A stretch of 64,000 nucleotides of DNA, taken from positions 23,870,001-23,934,000 of the forward strand of contig CM060732.1 of NCBI GenBank assembly GCA_030704615.1, read 5' to 3'. The position numbers were made by a program, and so were the translations under genes. This DNA comes from Takakia lepidozioides (lineage: Eukaryota; Plantae; Bryophyta). The notes beneath the pieces are model-generated. The model worked only from the letters and a program-made list of their open reading frames with translations. It was not told where the DNA came from and did not search any database. Numbering within the stretch: the first letter of the stretch is position 1; the number at the start of each line of letters is the position of its first letter. Of the stretch, positions 52,261-64,000 are shown piece by piece.

Positions 52261-53889
52261 GAGGTACACAAACAAACCAATCATTCAGATGATGTTCGTA
52301 CTCATTTCATGAGATTCTATCCAGGGGTAGCGTGCTTCTGACTATAGCAACATGTCTGCGCTTCCAGGAGTAGTTCCAATTGGCCAAGACCAAGTTTTAT
52401 GTAACCCAGGTCCCCTTCTATCCCCTGTGCTGTGGTGGTAGCAGGGATCTGTGGATGACATCACTCACCCACTTCCCACTCAGCACGTCAACCAAAAAAC
52501 CACAAACATGCCTTGCATCAACTTCAGTCTAGCTATCAAGTACTGGTGCATTGCATTTTTGTCATTTGTGTGTATGGTGCTTTTGCTAAAAACATTGAAA
52601 ATCATAGAGCCAATGACGAATTTGCAAAGGTGGACACCAGTAAGCTCCGACTTACACTTTCAAGCTCCTTCTCGCAGTCCAAGTCGCACAATTTTAGTGC
52701 CTTTGCTGCTGCCAAGCCAGCTCCTTCAATCACAAATTCTATTCTATCCAGCCATGAGAATGTTGAAGCCCCACAACTGCCATTGCTTCTCTGTGCTGCA
52801 AAGCAGCCAACACTCTCTCTCCTTTCCCATTTGATAGTTTAAGATGCTGCATCTGTTTCATGAAGAATTTTGGTGCTCACCACAATATTGGTGGCCCAGA
52901 TCCGAGAATGCATAGGGACGATGACATGTGGGCAACGAAGAATCATCATTGGTGTGAAGAGAGGTGTTAATGGATGAATAAATTACATTGTCTCATGGAT
53001 GACACAGTGTTGGATGAGCAAGACCAAGCAGGGCACTTTTGTGAAACGACAGAAACCCTAAGCCTAAGATCCCTAAGATCCGGTGCGAGGTATACGCTCT
53101 CAATTGTAACTTATGCTCTCAATGGTACTAATCTTTTAAATGCTCCTTGTTCCATCTACGTAGAACACCCCTTGAAATCCCTAATGGGCAAGGGGACGTT
53201 CATCCTTGCAGTAGAGTTCATCCTTCCAAAGCTCTTGTGCATGTAATTAGTTCAGGGTTTCCAGCGTTTGGAACCAGCGACGAACAAGTTTCCTCGGTCA
53301 AGTTTTCACGTGGAAATATCAATCAAATTTCTTCATTTCCAGTTTTCAAGTGGAAATGTAGAACAATTTTCAAGTTTCCTCATGTGGTATTACCAAATTC
53401 CCACCACAAGTTTATTCTCTAGCAGGGAAATTCGAAATAAGTGCCTCCTACGTATTAAGAGAAATGGTTATAACCTCCTTGTGGCAGAAGCCCTCACATA
53501 CCCAGCTCTTTCCTGCACTGCTTTCTGCGCCACCCCGGTTCATGTTGCCTTCACCGGGCATCCATGGCTCATTAGAGCTGATCTCCACACCTCAACTGAG
53601 CTGAGTGCAGAGTTTATGCAGAGGAGCGTTGACTGTGGTAGGGGGCAGCCAGGGCTCATCGCCAGCGGATCAGCCCTGTGGGACCCAGCGGATGTTGGGG
53701 GGATATCCGCCGTGACCACGCACATGGGCGGATGAAATCCCACGAGTTATCCGCCAGGTGAACTTGGGCAAGAATTCACTGTAGCCAACTTGGTTGTTCT
53801 CTCCTCTCGATGGCACACACACCAGTACTCCTAGTAGTGAAAATACCACATGAGGGTAGCATAAATTTGGTTCCTTGCAAAAAAAAGGA

Positions 53890-54805
53890 GATGTTCTTCA
53901 TTGGCAAGGTCATTTTGATGTGGATGCTTATGTCTGTGAGCTTAGAGAATTGTATGATAGTCAAATCAAAGGCGAGACTTATTTTGGGAGAGAAGGAACA
54001 GTCACTGGGATATCGATACTTGCAAATTTTGGCGACACTTTGTCTCTCCACGCATGTGGTGGAAGGAGCCTAGACAATACACGCATTGGGAGTTGATAGA
54101 AGCACAAGTTTGGCGTATTACACCTGAGGTTAGAGACTGGAAATTTCTACGGAATTATAAAATGACATTTGAGGCTTTCAACAATTTGGTTGATGAGCTT
54201 ATGCCATTTGTTAAGTCCACTGCTTTAAATCAAATAAGACCATAACTAGAGATCCGAAAGATTGTAGCCGTTGTTCTCTATCGACTCGCACATGGTATTT
54301 CCCCAACCATAATGGCGGATCGATTCAATGTTGGTGCGTCAACCATACGCAAATATATTGACATGGTTTGTGTTGCTCTTACGACACCCGAGTGTCTCTT
54401 TAGCAAGTACATTGACCCACCGACAAGAGAATGATTAACAGAAATTATCCATGTTTTCAAGCAGACTACAGGGTTGCCTAACATCGTTGCTGCCGTCGAT
54501 GGAACCATATTCCTCTTGCATAAAAGCCGAACAAGAGGGTCACCTTGGCGGCAGTAGATTTCTACGACCGCAAAAAATCCAATAGCATTGTTTTGCAAGT
54601 TGTGTGTGCGATGCTGAGAAGGTGTTTTGGAATGTTTGTGCCAGCTAGCCAGGGGGTTGTGCAGATGGAGGTCAATTCAAGGTGTCACGGTTGTACAAAG
54701 ATTTGAAAACTCGAACAATTCTACATGAACCTGTGGTTACAGCTAAGGGGATGAGAATCACACCTGAATCACACCATACGTGATTGGTGATTCTGCTTAC
54801 CCAAA
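53890..54805 (+). mobile_element. PIF/Harbinger DDE transposase, decayed and 3'-truncated
   Basis: NYKMTFEAFNNLVDEL, VAVVLYRLAHG..DRFNVGASTI, GLPNIVAAVDGT, FYDRKKSNSIVLQVVC, YVIGDSAYP. Internal stops. Confidence 0.9.
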
Positions 54806-54899
54806 ATGTTTGAATAGCAACCATGAATCCATAGAACAAATGTCAAAACACACACAATTGGCGTGAAATCACGTTTAGATTAATGCCCTCGGAGGGCAT

Positions 54900-56035
54900 G
54901 TGCTAATTTTTTTTTGATTGCTCTGAATGGTGTGAAACAATATCACAGACCTGGAATCAAAGCTACATCTCCAAAAAGCTATGGCACACTGAAGCAACAT
55001 GCAATCACAAGATCCTACATGTCAAAATGTGATAGAAGGTCATATTTCCAAGGAAAACAGGAGCTTCAAGTTGGACCTCGGTTTCCCGGCCATAACTTCT
55101 TGTGGTCTTATTCAATTGAGGTGAAACAAAATCTGAGACCTGGAGAATCAAGGCAGCTTTCCAATTTGATATTAGATTCTCCTACAACATGAATCCACAA
55201 CATTCTACAAGACCAAAATGGGAGGAGAGTCATATTTTCAAGAGAAACCTAAGATCATCAAGCTGGGCCTCGGTTTTATTGGCATAACTTATTGTGGTCT
55301 TACTCAATTCAGGTGAAACAAAATCCCAGAGGTGGAAAATCAAGCAAGATCTCCAAATATAAAATCCCCAAATTTTTGCAAGCCCAAAGGTGAAGGCAGG
55401 TAACAAAATGAAGAAAGTATTTTGTGACAAGTACTTACTTCAGATGGGTCTCCGTTTTCTGGGCATAACTTCTTGTGGTCTTACTCGATTGCTGTGAAAC
55501 AATATCCCACACCTGGAGAATTAAGCCAGCTTTCCAACAAGATATTGCACACACTTACCCCATAAAAGCTCAATATTCTTCAATTGCAAATGGGAATGCA
55601 GGTCACATTCTCAATGAAAACCATAGAACTTGAAGCTCCACCTCTGGTTTGTGGGCATAACAATTGTGTTCTCACTCAGATTGGCATGAACCAATATCCC
55701 ACCACTGGGGAATCAAGTTAAGCTTCCCACAAGCATCACACATCCTTGTAGCCCAAATTCTCTACATGCTACAACCCAAAATGTCAAAGCAAGTCAAATT
55801 GTCAAGAAAAACAAAGTAGTTGACGCTCCACCTCTGTTTTTTGGGCATAACAAATTGTGCACCACTACATAGCATGAACAACATCCCACATCTGGGGAAT
55901 CCAGGTAGCTTATCAACAAGCAATCACACATCCTTGTAGCCCTACAACCCCAAATGTCAAAGCAGGTAACAATATGGAGAATCACAAATTGCTTCAAGTT
56001 CAATCTATCTTTTTCTGGTGCTAACTTCATGTCTG
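54900..56035. repeat. Degenerate tandem array, ~190-bp unit, about 6 copies, between the Harbinger genes
   Basis: Recurring GGCATAAC..TTGTG..TCAATT..TGAAACAA..ATCCCA..CTGGAGAATCAAG. Confidence 0.8.
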
Positions 56036-56149
56036 TGCTCATTGTCCCTAAACACACTCATGAACACAAACGAACCAAGGGGAATCAAGTACTACCACCC
56101 ACGGACGATGGGCTTGAGCCATCGTTTAGCTTTAACATATCTAACAAAG

Positions 56150-56900
56150 CGGCCATCTGAAGCTGGGTTTCATGCCAACACCGCGACTTGTTTGCTCGCT
56201 TTGAAGAATCTGCGAGGTGATTCTCGCGGTCAATCACCATCTTTAGAGTCTCCATCTCTTTGATCCCCCTCCCCGAACTCCTTGATGGCACTTGCAATGG
56301 CAGTAGATCCCCCAGACAAACGTTGCTTCTTTGATTTGGGACGTCCTTGCACACTTGACAATTTGTAAGCTGCCATCCTAGGAGTGTCAAGTGCTGCGGA
56401 AGGGTCGCCGGATATGGTGCCTGCCGTCACATCTTTTGTTGTGACACTTGCAGTGCCTCCATAAAAAACAGGAGCTTGTCGTAGAGGGCTGGATTGTGTA
56501 TCAAAATGTGTATCATCATCATCAATGGTCTGGGGAGGATTGTTGTGCACTCCCTAGTCAATACCTCCAGGGATCCCATTGACCTTTGCTGTGCCTCCGA
56601 GAATGCCATCAAATGTTTCTTACCATGGCCACTCGGAAGGAGGAGCACTTGTGGCATCACATTTTCCCTTTTCTTCTCTATACACATCCTTAAGCTTGTC
56701 GGTGTCGTAACATTTCTTCCAAGAACGATGGGGCGCATTGGGAAACCCCGCATTCAGTCTGACAGCAATAGTCTTTTCCTCGCTGAGGTCCACGCAGCCT
56801 GTCCAGTAATTTGTATCGTTTGTCCAACCTTGTGCAACACTCATCTTTTCAACCTGAAGTGATCTTCTCACATCCGCAATCATTGGCAACTGACTGCATT
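56150..56900 (-). mobile_element. Harbinger-associated Myb/SANT (trihelix-like) DNA-binding protein relic
   Basis: IAVRLNAGFPNAPHRSWKKC..KLKDVYREEK..PSEWPW, then a low-complexity region and AIASAIKEF. Convergent with the transposase; AGCGGATC motifs occur at both putative ends (~53660 and ~57120-57220). Confidence 0.75.
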
Positions 56901-58800
56901 ATATTGAACAATCGCTCTCAGGACCTTCTAAAATTAACCCTAGCATAGATTCCCTTTCTATGCTTAAGGTAGGGAAGCTTCCCTGTCGTGTATTTGGTGC
57001 ACTTCCGTGCTGTTGAGTATGATGTGTGCACGACAAATATGAAGGTAACATTTGTTTTAACAGGATAAATAACTTTTGTTTCTCATCTAAAAGGTTGTTT
57101 TCTTTCATCTACTTTTATCCAGCGGATCACTTTTGTGGCTGAGCGATCACGCTGGGCGAATATCGCTATCAGCGCGGGGAAGCGGTGTCAGGGGCGTATT
57201 AATCCACTTTTCCAGCGGATCACCCCGTTTTTTGTCATAGGTGTAGGACTTGTGAACACATCCATCGTATAACATCGAATTGTTAAAATTTTGATTAATT
57301 AATTAATCGAAACTAGGTTGTTCAAGGTTGATCCCAGTCGTTTGAAATCGTCGCAGGGTTGTAATGTCGTAACATAGTCTATAGTGTAGCAAGGTTGTTG
57401 TTCTACTTGTATTGGGGTCATAGGCTGCCGATATGTCGCCATGAAATCCATAGGCACAGTGCAAAGGCAGAGTAAGGTAGACATTGAGCCTATGGTGGTT
57501 ACAAGTTAATGCTGTCTTGAGCACTTTACATTGAGAGGGGGATTGGTATGGCGTGAGCACAAACGGCGTGAGCACAAAAAAAACGCCGCGTGAGCAGGAT
57601 CCACAGTTATAGGGGTGATATGTATGTCAGCGTAAACACATACAATAGACGGACATAGGGTCTTTCTGGGTTTATAAGGTCTCCATGGTGTCTAAATATA
57701 AGCTTAAACATATAGAAGGAGCTTGAAAGGGATAAACCTTAAAAAATAAACAAAAACTAAAACCAACCCCCAATTTTGCCAAAGAAACCTAGTCCAAGTT
57801 TCACTGGCAAAAACCGTCTGCGTTTCGCTGGCGAAACCCATTTTTGGGGTGGTTCTTGGGGATGTTCTACACACAATAATACCAAATGCCACATTGTTTC
57901 CATGCGCTGATCTTTGAGTTCTGGCAGATATATTTGTGGGTCTTTGTGGTCACGCGAGTTACGCTTTCGGTGATTAATTTCATGAATTTTTTCGCATAAG
58001 CACATCCCCCTATTTTTTAGGCGAAAAATAGCCAAAAAAAAAGCTACAAAAAATGTGGGCCCGCGACACCCCTATTCAAAAAACGGGGCAAAAATAAAAA
58101 ATATCGCCAAAACGGGGCGGGCCTCTGGCCAACTGGTGCCAGAAAGCACCAAGGGAATCCACCTTTTTCGCCTGGGAACTGGGGAGCATGACGCCCCATC
58201 ACACACTATTTAGCGCAATTTCGCCACCTGCACCTATCTCCATCGTCCGCTCTCCAACGAGTAGCCGTATTGCACATATATATGTAGCCATATTGTACCG
58301 TCCGATCGCCATATTGCACAGACTTTTGCATACCTGTAGCCATGTAGGATCCGGGTTGACATTGTACATGTCGCCACCTCTGCACTTAACCCCAAAAAAA
58401 ATTCGCCGCCTCCACGACTAGGCAGAAAAAAGGGCTGGTGAGCACGGTTTTCAGATAGTTTCGTATTCCTTAGGGGTTGAGCGCATTTTGGTTTCGCACA
58501 TTCTCTAAAATCTTTTGGAATATTCAGAGTATGCCTTTGTGCTAAGGCGTGGCGGTACCCACCCTCCATTGAGAGTAAGTACTAAGCCTCAGTTCGACGA
58601 TCAATACAAGCACTGCCACATCAGCAAGCTGCTTGCTCTTTTCAGTTTCCAGAGTAACTAGTACAGATGTGTATGTGAGAACAGTGAGGAAATCTCCTTT
58701 ACCCACACAAAGTTCAGTTTATATACATTTCTCCAAAGGCCATCCACAGTGCATGTCTAGCAGTCTAGGGACCTTCAGAGGATAACAAAATATGCTTTAA

Positions 58801-59984
58801 CCCTTCAAGGACGAGCCTGTTTTTGGTGGGCCCCGTCTAAAACCAGACATCCCCTCGGGGATGAGGGTGTATCTCCCATTGGACAAACATCCGAGGGGAT
58901 GAACCGTTCCAAAGTCATCCTACCTACTTCATGCACCCGAAGTAAGAATTTCAGGAGAATTGACCGGTCTAAAGTGGAAGATTATAACAAAAATTCTAGG
59001 CTTTTTTTTTTGTTGGATTATTTTCAACATGAAAATTTGGTTTGACCAAGCAGATTGCCAACCTTTTTTTATTTTTCATTGATACAGCCTACAACATTCA
59101 ATTACCCTATTATTTCACCCCCAGCAAAGCCTCTTCCCCAAATCCCAGAGCCAAATTCCCAAAATGCATAATTTTTTTCTTTGTATGGTAAACCAGGGGG
59201 GTCAAAATGCCAATTTCTCTCATGGGAAAAACACCTTCCCCCCAAATGTGGGGCAATTTGTGTGGGAATCCAAATTCCTCTGGTCATGTTGTTGTTTTGC
59301 CTACCTACCGAGTACCCTGGAAAAAAATTCCACATTCGAAGCTGTTTGTAGGGGGGGGCAAAATCTTGCCAAAAAAAAACAACCGAATCCCTACTTGAAT
59401 CCCCTCCGCAAAGAATTGCCGGAGCCGGTGGACATTACCGGCCAAAAAAACATCCGGCCACGTCATCACAACCCAGGAAGTCACTGGGCCCTCCAGCCTG
59501 CGTTTCAGCGCTCTCCCTCCATGACCTGCCAACGGCCACCTGAATTGGGCCACGGCACCTAAACCCTACGCGGGTGAATCTCCTGCCCCCGGGCACCTGC
59601 ACCTGTTGGGGCACGTGCCTGGCGTTTTCGCGCGTGCCGGGGGTCCGCCGCTGTCCGCACGGGCGACTCAGCGCCCCCCCCCCGGTCACCCGCTGGGCCG
59701 GCAAACGCCCACCCCCCCAATCCTGCCTGCCACGTCTGCCATCAACCTGCTGCGGGCCCAAACCACAGGATTTTGAGTACCCCCCCCTCCCGATTCCAAA
59801 AAATCCTGACGGCGGGGGATTAGATTTTTAGGGTGCGATCAACACAGGGTGCCGTAAATATTTTTGGGCTACACTTTTCGTTCAGGAATCGTTTTTCACA
59901 TTTTTCAATCCGAATGATCTGCGCATTTATCATCCAATCGCAATTTCGACCCGACCCGATACGGGTCGCCTCGTCCTTGAAGGT
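58801..59984. mobile_element. piggyBac-like non-autonomous element (MITE)
   Basis: TTAA|CCCTTCAAGGACGAG ... CTCGTCCTTGAAGGT|TTAA: 15-bp TIR with 14/15 match and TTAA on both sides. No transposase ORF. Confidence 0.75.
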
Positions 59985-60518
59985 TTAAGTAGCTTGCTTA
60001 TGTCGAAGTGCCAATGAAGTGGACATCCAAATTCCTTCTTTCTTGACATCGCATCCATATCAGTAAAACTGAACAAGAATGTTCAAGCAAGTCTAGGCTG
60101 CCTAAAAATAGTTTTTCCAATGCTTGTTAACTTCCTTTGGAGCTCCAATCTGCATCATTCATCGTCCACGAGCTTGCCGACATGATGCAGTCCTAGTATA
60201 TTCGAGGCTTTGTCTAGCGCCTTTCCTCGATTTTTCTCGGATGTAATGCACTTTCAGCCCTCTCTCTCTCTCCAAAGGCTTATAGCACATCTGCTCGTCG
60301 ATTCGTCCTGGCCAACCAGCATCTAAGCGTGAATCTCTACCCGAGGTCCGTTGCTCCACAATGTTTGTACATATGGCAAGAGATTCGTGTCAGGACTACG
60401 GCATCAGGTAAAGTGTTTCTCAGCATTGAACATGCGTCAACGTACAAATTCATAGTGTTGGAGGGTAATTCAAGTCCTGAATGCGACACACGCTCTCCCT
60501 TGACGATGTCGGATATCC

Positions 60519-63500
60519 TCATACGTTGGAAAACAATTTGAATGTTTTTGCATCTATCACAATGCGACGTATAGAAGAGATGCATCCGAGCACACCCACA
60601 AAGGTAAATGTCACCATGATTACCCCATTTACCCAGAAGATACTTGTTCGGCGTGACGGCTTGAAAACTCTTTGGTAGAAAAGCATCGGTAAGACGAAGT
60701 CCAGGGGAGTATATCCAAAAGCTCCAATGAAGGAGAGGATGTCTGCAAAGAATGGGAACATGGCTGCAATTAATGTAGCAAATGCCACATACACAGTGCG
60801 GAGCACCAGCCGAGGCAGGAAATTGCGAAGGGAAAATCTCCCCTTGGCAACATCTGCTGTAATCCCTTCGAATGCATCAAAAGTGGGTTGAAGATACACC
60901 TGCACAAGACAGAATCAGTTCTATTAGCTTATAGAACTTCAGGTGGCGCTTTTCTGTAGGAATCAAACCCAAGGTCATGACCATCTGAGCTGGGCTGGGT
61001 AAAGCAAATCGCGCCAGGCATTACAAAAACATCGAGCCGACCTCATGTATGATGGTAACATCTGAGGTGAGCTGCGGAAACTATTGTTTGCCAATGTTTG
61101 TCTCTACCCGCTAGCTATATATAGCGCCATGCCTATCCCTGTCAAGTTACCCAACGCCTCCATAAATATGGCGTTGGGTACAATCTCATTCGCTAGACTC
61201 GTTCGAAATCAAAATTTTAAGGGATTACTTTTCCCACCAGTTGTTCTTGTGGTTTCCCACATTGTCGATCTCCTCCACTTTATCCACACGCTCACCTCAT
61301 AGACATGTTTACATGCAATAAGGAAGACGCATGGGAAGGAGTTCAGCAGAGGAAAGCTCTTACCAAGCCAATAGCGAGGAGCTGGATGACGGCAGCGACG
61401 CTGGCAACCGCTATCACAATATCCAATTCTGGGATGAGCAGTCCAGTTGTGGGAGACCAATTGGTGATGATGTTGGCTTGTGCAGTGTTCCCAAAAGCCC
61501 AGTAGCCTGTGCTATTGCACTGAGAAGAAAGTGCAGATCACCACTGTGTAGCCCAAAGCAATGCCTTTAAACATCTTTCCAGTCACTGGAGGAGCCAATG
61601 TTGCCTTTTCAAAAACAACTGCCTTATCTGAGTAACAGCCATAAGATGCACATTTGAAAGGACAGATATACTATAAATGTTGCTGAACATTAAGGGCCTC
61701 TCTCTAAACCCTGGTGGGTGCGAACCCCACCAAGCTCAGGGAGGGTTAGTTTCCCACGGCTATGGCGATCGCAGGGAATGGCATGAGTACATTCTCTCGT
61801 CACAAGGCTACGACATCGGACAAACAACGTCTTATGCTCGTACCTTCACTGTGTCCTGTCACAAAAGAGCATGATCAAACTCTGTATTAAAGGAAGAATG
61901 TAAGACGAGATATAGAGACCTGTATCTCAGGAATGATGGCAACCCCATACCCGCCAGTGATTACTGAGAGAGCTGTGAATACTCCAAACAGTTTCTCAGA
62001 GGAACTGCCCACCACCGTGTAGTCCTTTGGCACATTACGCTTATTATGACCTGCAACGTAATCTAGATGGAATTAGCGAGCTGCCTGAGTTCCCAACTCT
62101 CTGTCTCTCACCCTGACAGAAAAGGGGACACCTCTGAACACAAACATATATTGATTCAAGGTAGTGACTGATATCTGACCTGCCAATATGCACCCAACGA
62201 GAGCACAAACGCTATAAACCAGGCATAGGATTATCGAGGCCAAGCTGATGTAGCGCAAAGAATGGAATGATGGCAGTTGGGCAAGAATATTTGTCACGAA
62301 GCCATAGAAAATTACAAATTCGTACAGCTGAATAGACCCATGAGGAACCAGTGCCAGGTAGATTAGCTGCACACACAAGCTTGGCACATTAGGAAAACCT
62401 TGCCAACGTCCGCGACACTTATGTACATACTCTTTGTTCAGAGTATGTACATACAGTGTGCACATTGAACATTGTGATGTTCAGCTGATTGTTGCATATC
62501 CGACCTGTTGATTGGAAAGCCAAACATTTATGCACAGTATCAAGAAGCAATGCAGAACGACAAATGTTGGGCTTCCAGCTGGAGCAAGTGGTTTCTAGAT
62601 TGACCTGAAGGTCAGAACAAATCTATTTGAGCAACTGACCAGAGTTAAATTGCATTGGGTTGTGGCGATTCAAGTAGGTAAGTGAACAAATTACAAATCA
62701 CATCTATTTTGGAACATTGAATCGATAAGTTAGGGATAGATCATATATGTCAGACCGTCTAAACTTACCCTGGAGCCATATCCACCAGTTAACACAGATG
62801 CAACAACCGTCACGAAGCACACTCCAAATTGCACAGGTGCAACAAAAGCATTTGTCCATCTGGGCCCTGCAGATTTCGGAAGGTGTACTCAGCCTAGATA
62901 CACATAGATCCATATAGTGATACACTAATGGTCAAGTAATATCCACCTATATACCTTTTGCTGCTGTTTGGTGTACGTCTATAAATATTCCTCAATCTGC
63001 TGAAGAGAATAAGTAATCCGGAAGTAAACATTAATTCCACAGTTCAATACTTGAGCAAGCTTCCCACATTGTCAAGATCTACATAACAATGATTGTCTCT
63101 GAATCCCTTCCACAAAAATCTTCTAGTAGGAGATCCAGCTCACAATCTGCCAGTACGGGGGACCGAATTGAGATTGTGGATACTGATGAGAAATACAACT
63201 TTAGAGATGAGCAGGGAAAACTTGATGTGCGATTCTGACCTTTTCTTCTTGTAGCATGCAAAGGCGTTTAAAAAAACAATGAGCTAGAGGACTGACCAAT
63301 TACATGATGCGATAGATCGCGGAACCGATAGAATCGATGGCCAAGAGAGGCAGTGCGCTCCAGTACCTGGGACAACAAACAGTAGGAATAGCTGGAGACA
63401 ATTGCTGCAACCGTTAGGGCGCACAACCCCCCTGACCATCCCAAATTTGAAAGTGCGTACGGTAGACTGAGCAACGCTGGTCCAGCTATGGAGGTGGTTA

Positions 63501-63864
63501 GATGGTACCCAGCATGCCACCATTTCCCTGCACCGATGCATCATCATAGCCCATGAGACGAGTACATTAATGTACCAGTTGCACCGATGATTAGTAAGAC
63601 ATTTTCTGAGAACGGTCACATATTGATCAAAGGACATGCTGCCATCTCTCTCTCTCTCTGGTAACACGACATAGGCGTTCTACCTTTGGACTCTAGCACG
63701 AAGCCCGCGTCATTGGGACCTGAAGGCTCCACATCCGATATACCGACATCGTGACTCACATACCATTATGTGAATGGATCTTTCTTGTCAAAGGCCCCTT
63801 TCTGCAGGCTAACAACTGAAAAAGCATCGTCTCCTTTTGGCTTTCCCACCACCAATCCAGCCAT
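60519..63864 (-). pseudogene. GAT1-like GABA/amino-acid transporter (AAAP family), 7 exons, with disabling lesions
   Basis: DAGFVLESK|GKWWHAGYHLTTSI, LAQLPSFHSLRYI, IIPEIQ|ATLAPPVTGKMFKG, VYLQPT..PFFADI..GAFGYTPLDFVLPM..SSIRRIVIDAKTFKLFSNV. In-frame TAA at 63766-68 and a frameshift with TAG at ~61512-61520. Confidence 0.82.
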
Positions 63865-64000
63865 AGTCCACACTCTCAGAATCTGGAAGCTGAGGACCTT
63901 GTTCAGTTCTTACAAGATCGATGTACCCCAACCCATATATCGTGATACCATCTTTTGCAAACCATCCGTTGCAATTACAGTCCTGAAGGACCTCCGATGC

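Noticed and set aside
57550-58570. Another DNA-transposon end (GGCGAAA/TTCGCC and GCGTGAGCA motifs)
   Set aside because: Probably TE-derived, but no TIR pair, TSD or coding remnant could be fixed, so it is not reported as a feature.
59102-59831. Short ORFs inside the piggyBac-like element as a transposase
   Set aside because: All under 135 aa, a product of GC bias, with no DDD motifs.

Overview
Eukaryotic, intron-rich nuclear DNA from a land plant. An intact-looking axonemal gene (CFAP53-like) suggests a lineage with flagellated sperm (bryophyte, lycophyte or fern); the species cannot be determined. All family calls come from recognising motifs by eye, not from database searches. Host genes: the 5' part of an At4g24610-like gene running off the left edge, POT1 (13001-17573), a DUF2232 membrane protein, a three-exon micro-protein consisting almost only of the PDCD4/SERBP1-type N-terminal motif, CFAP53, and a GAT1-like amino-acid transporter with two disabling lesions. 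Much of the rest is nested mobile DNA: a small Helitron, a DUF7869-type transposase relic with a ~160-bp tandem array, a hAT MITE inside a pogo-like MITE, and a CACTA element inside a LINE. There are also tRNA-derived SINEs, an atypical EnSpm transposase facing away from a multi-exon ORF and LACS fragments, a PIF/Harbinger pair, and a piggyBac-like MITE. Most notable: the stand-alone PDCD4-motif micro-protein, a decayed cyanobacterial/plastid-type group II intron RT beside POT1, the TTAA/CCC piggyBac-like element, and an 8x R[RK]xSF phosphosite array.
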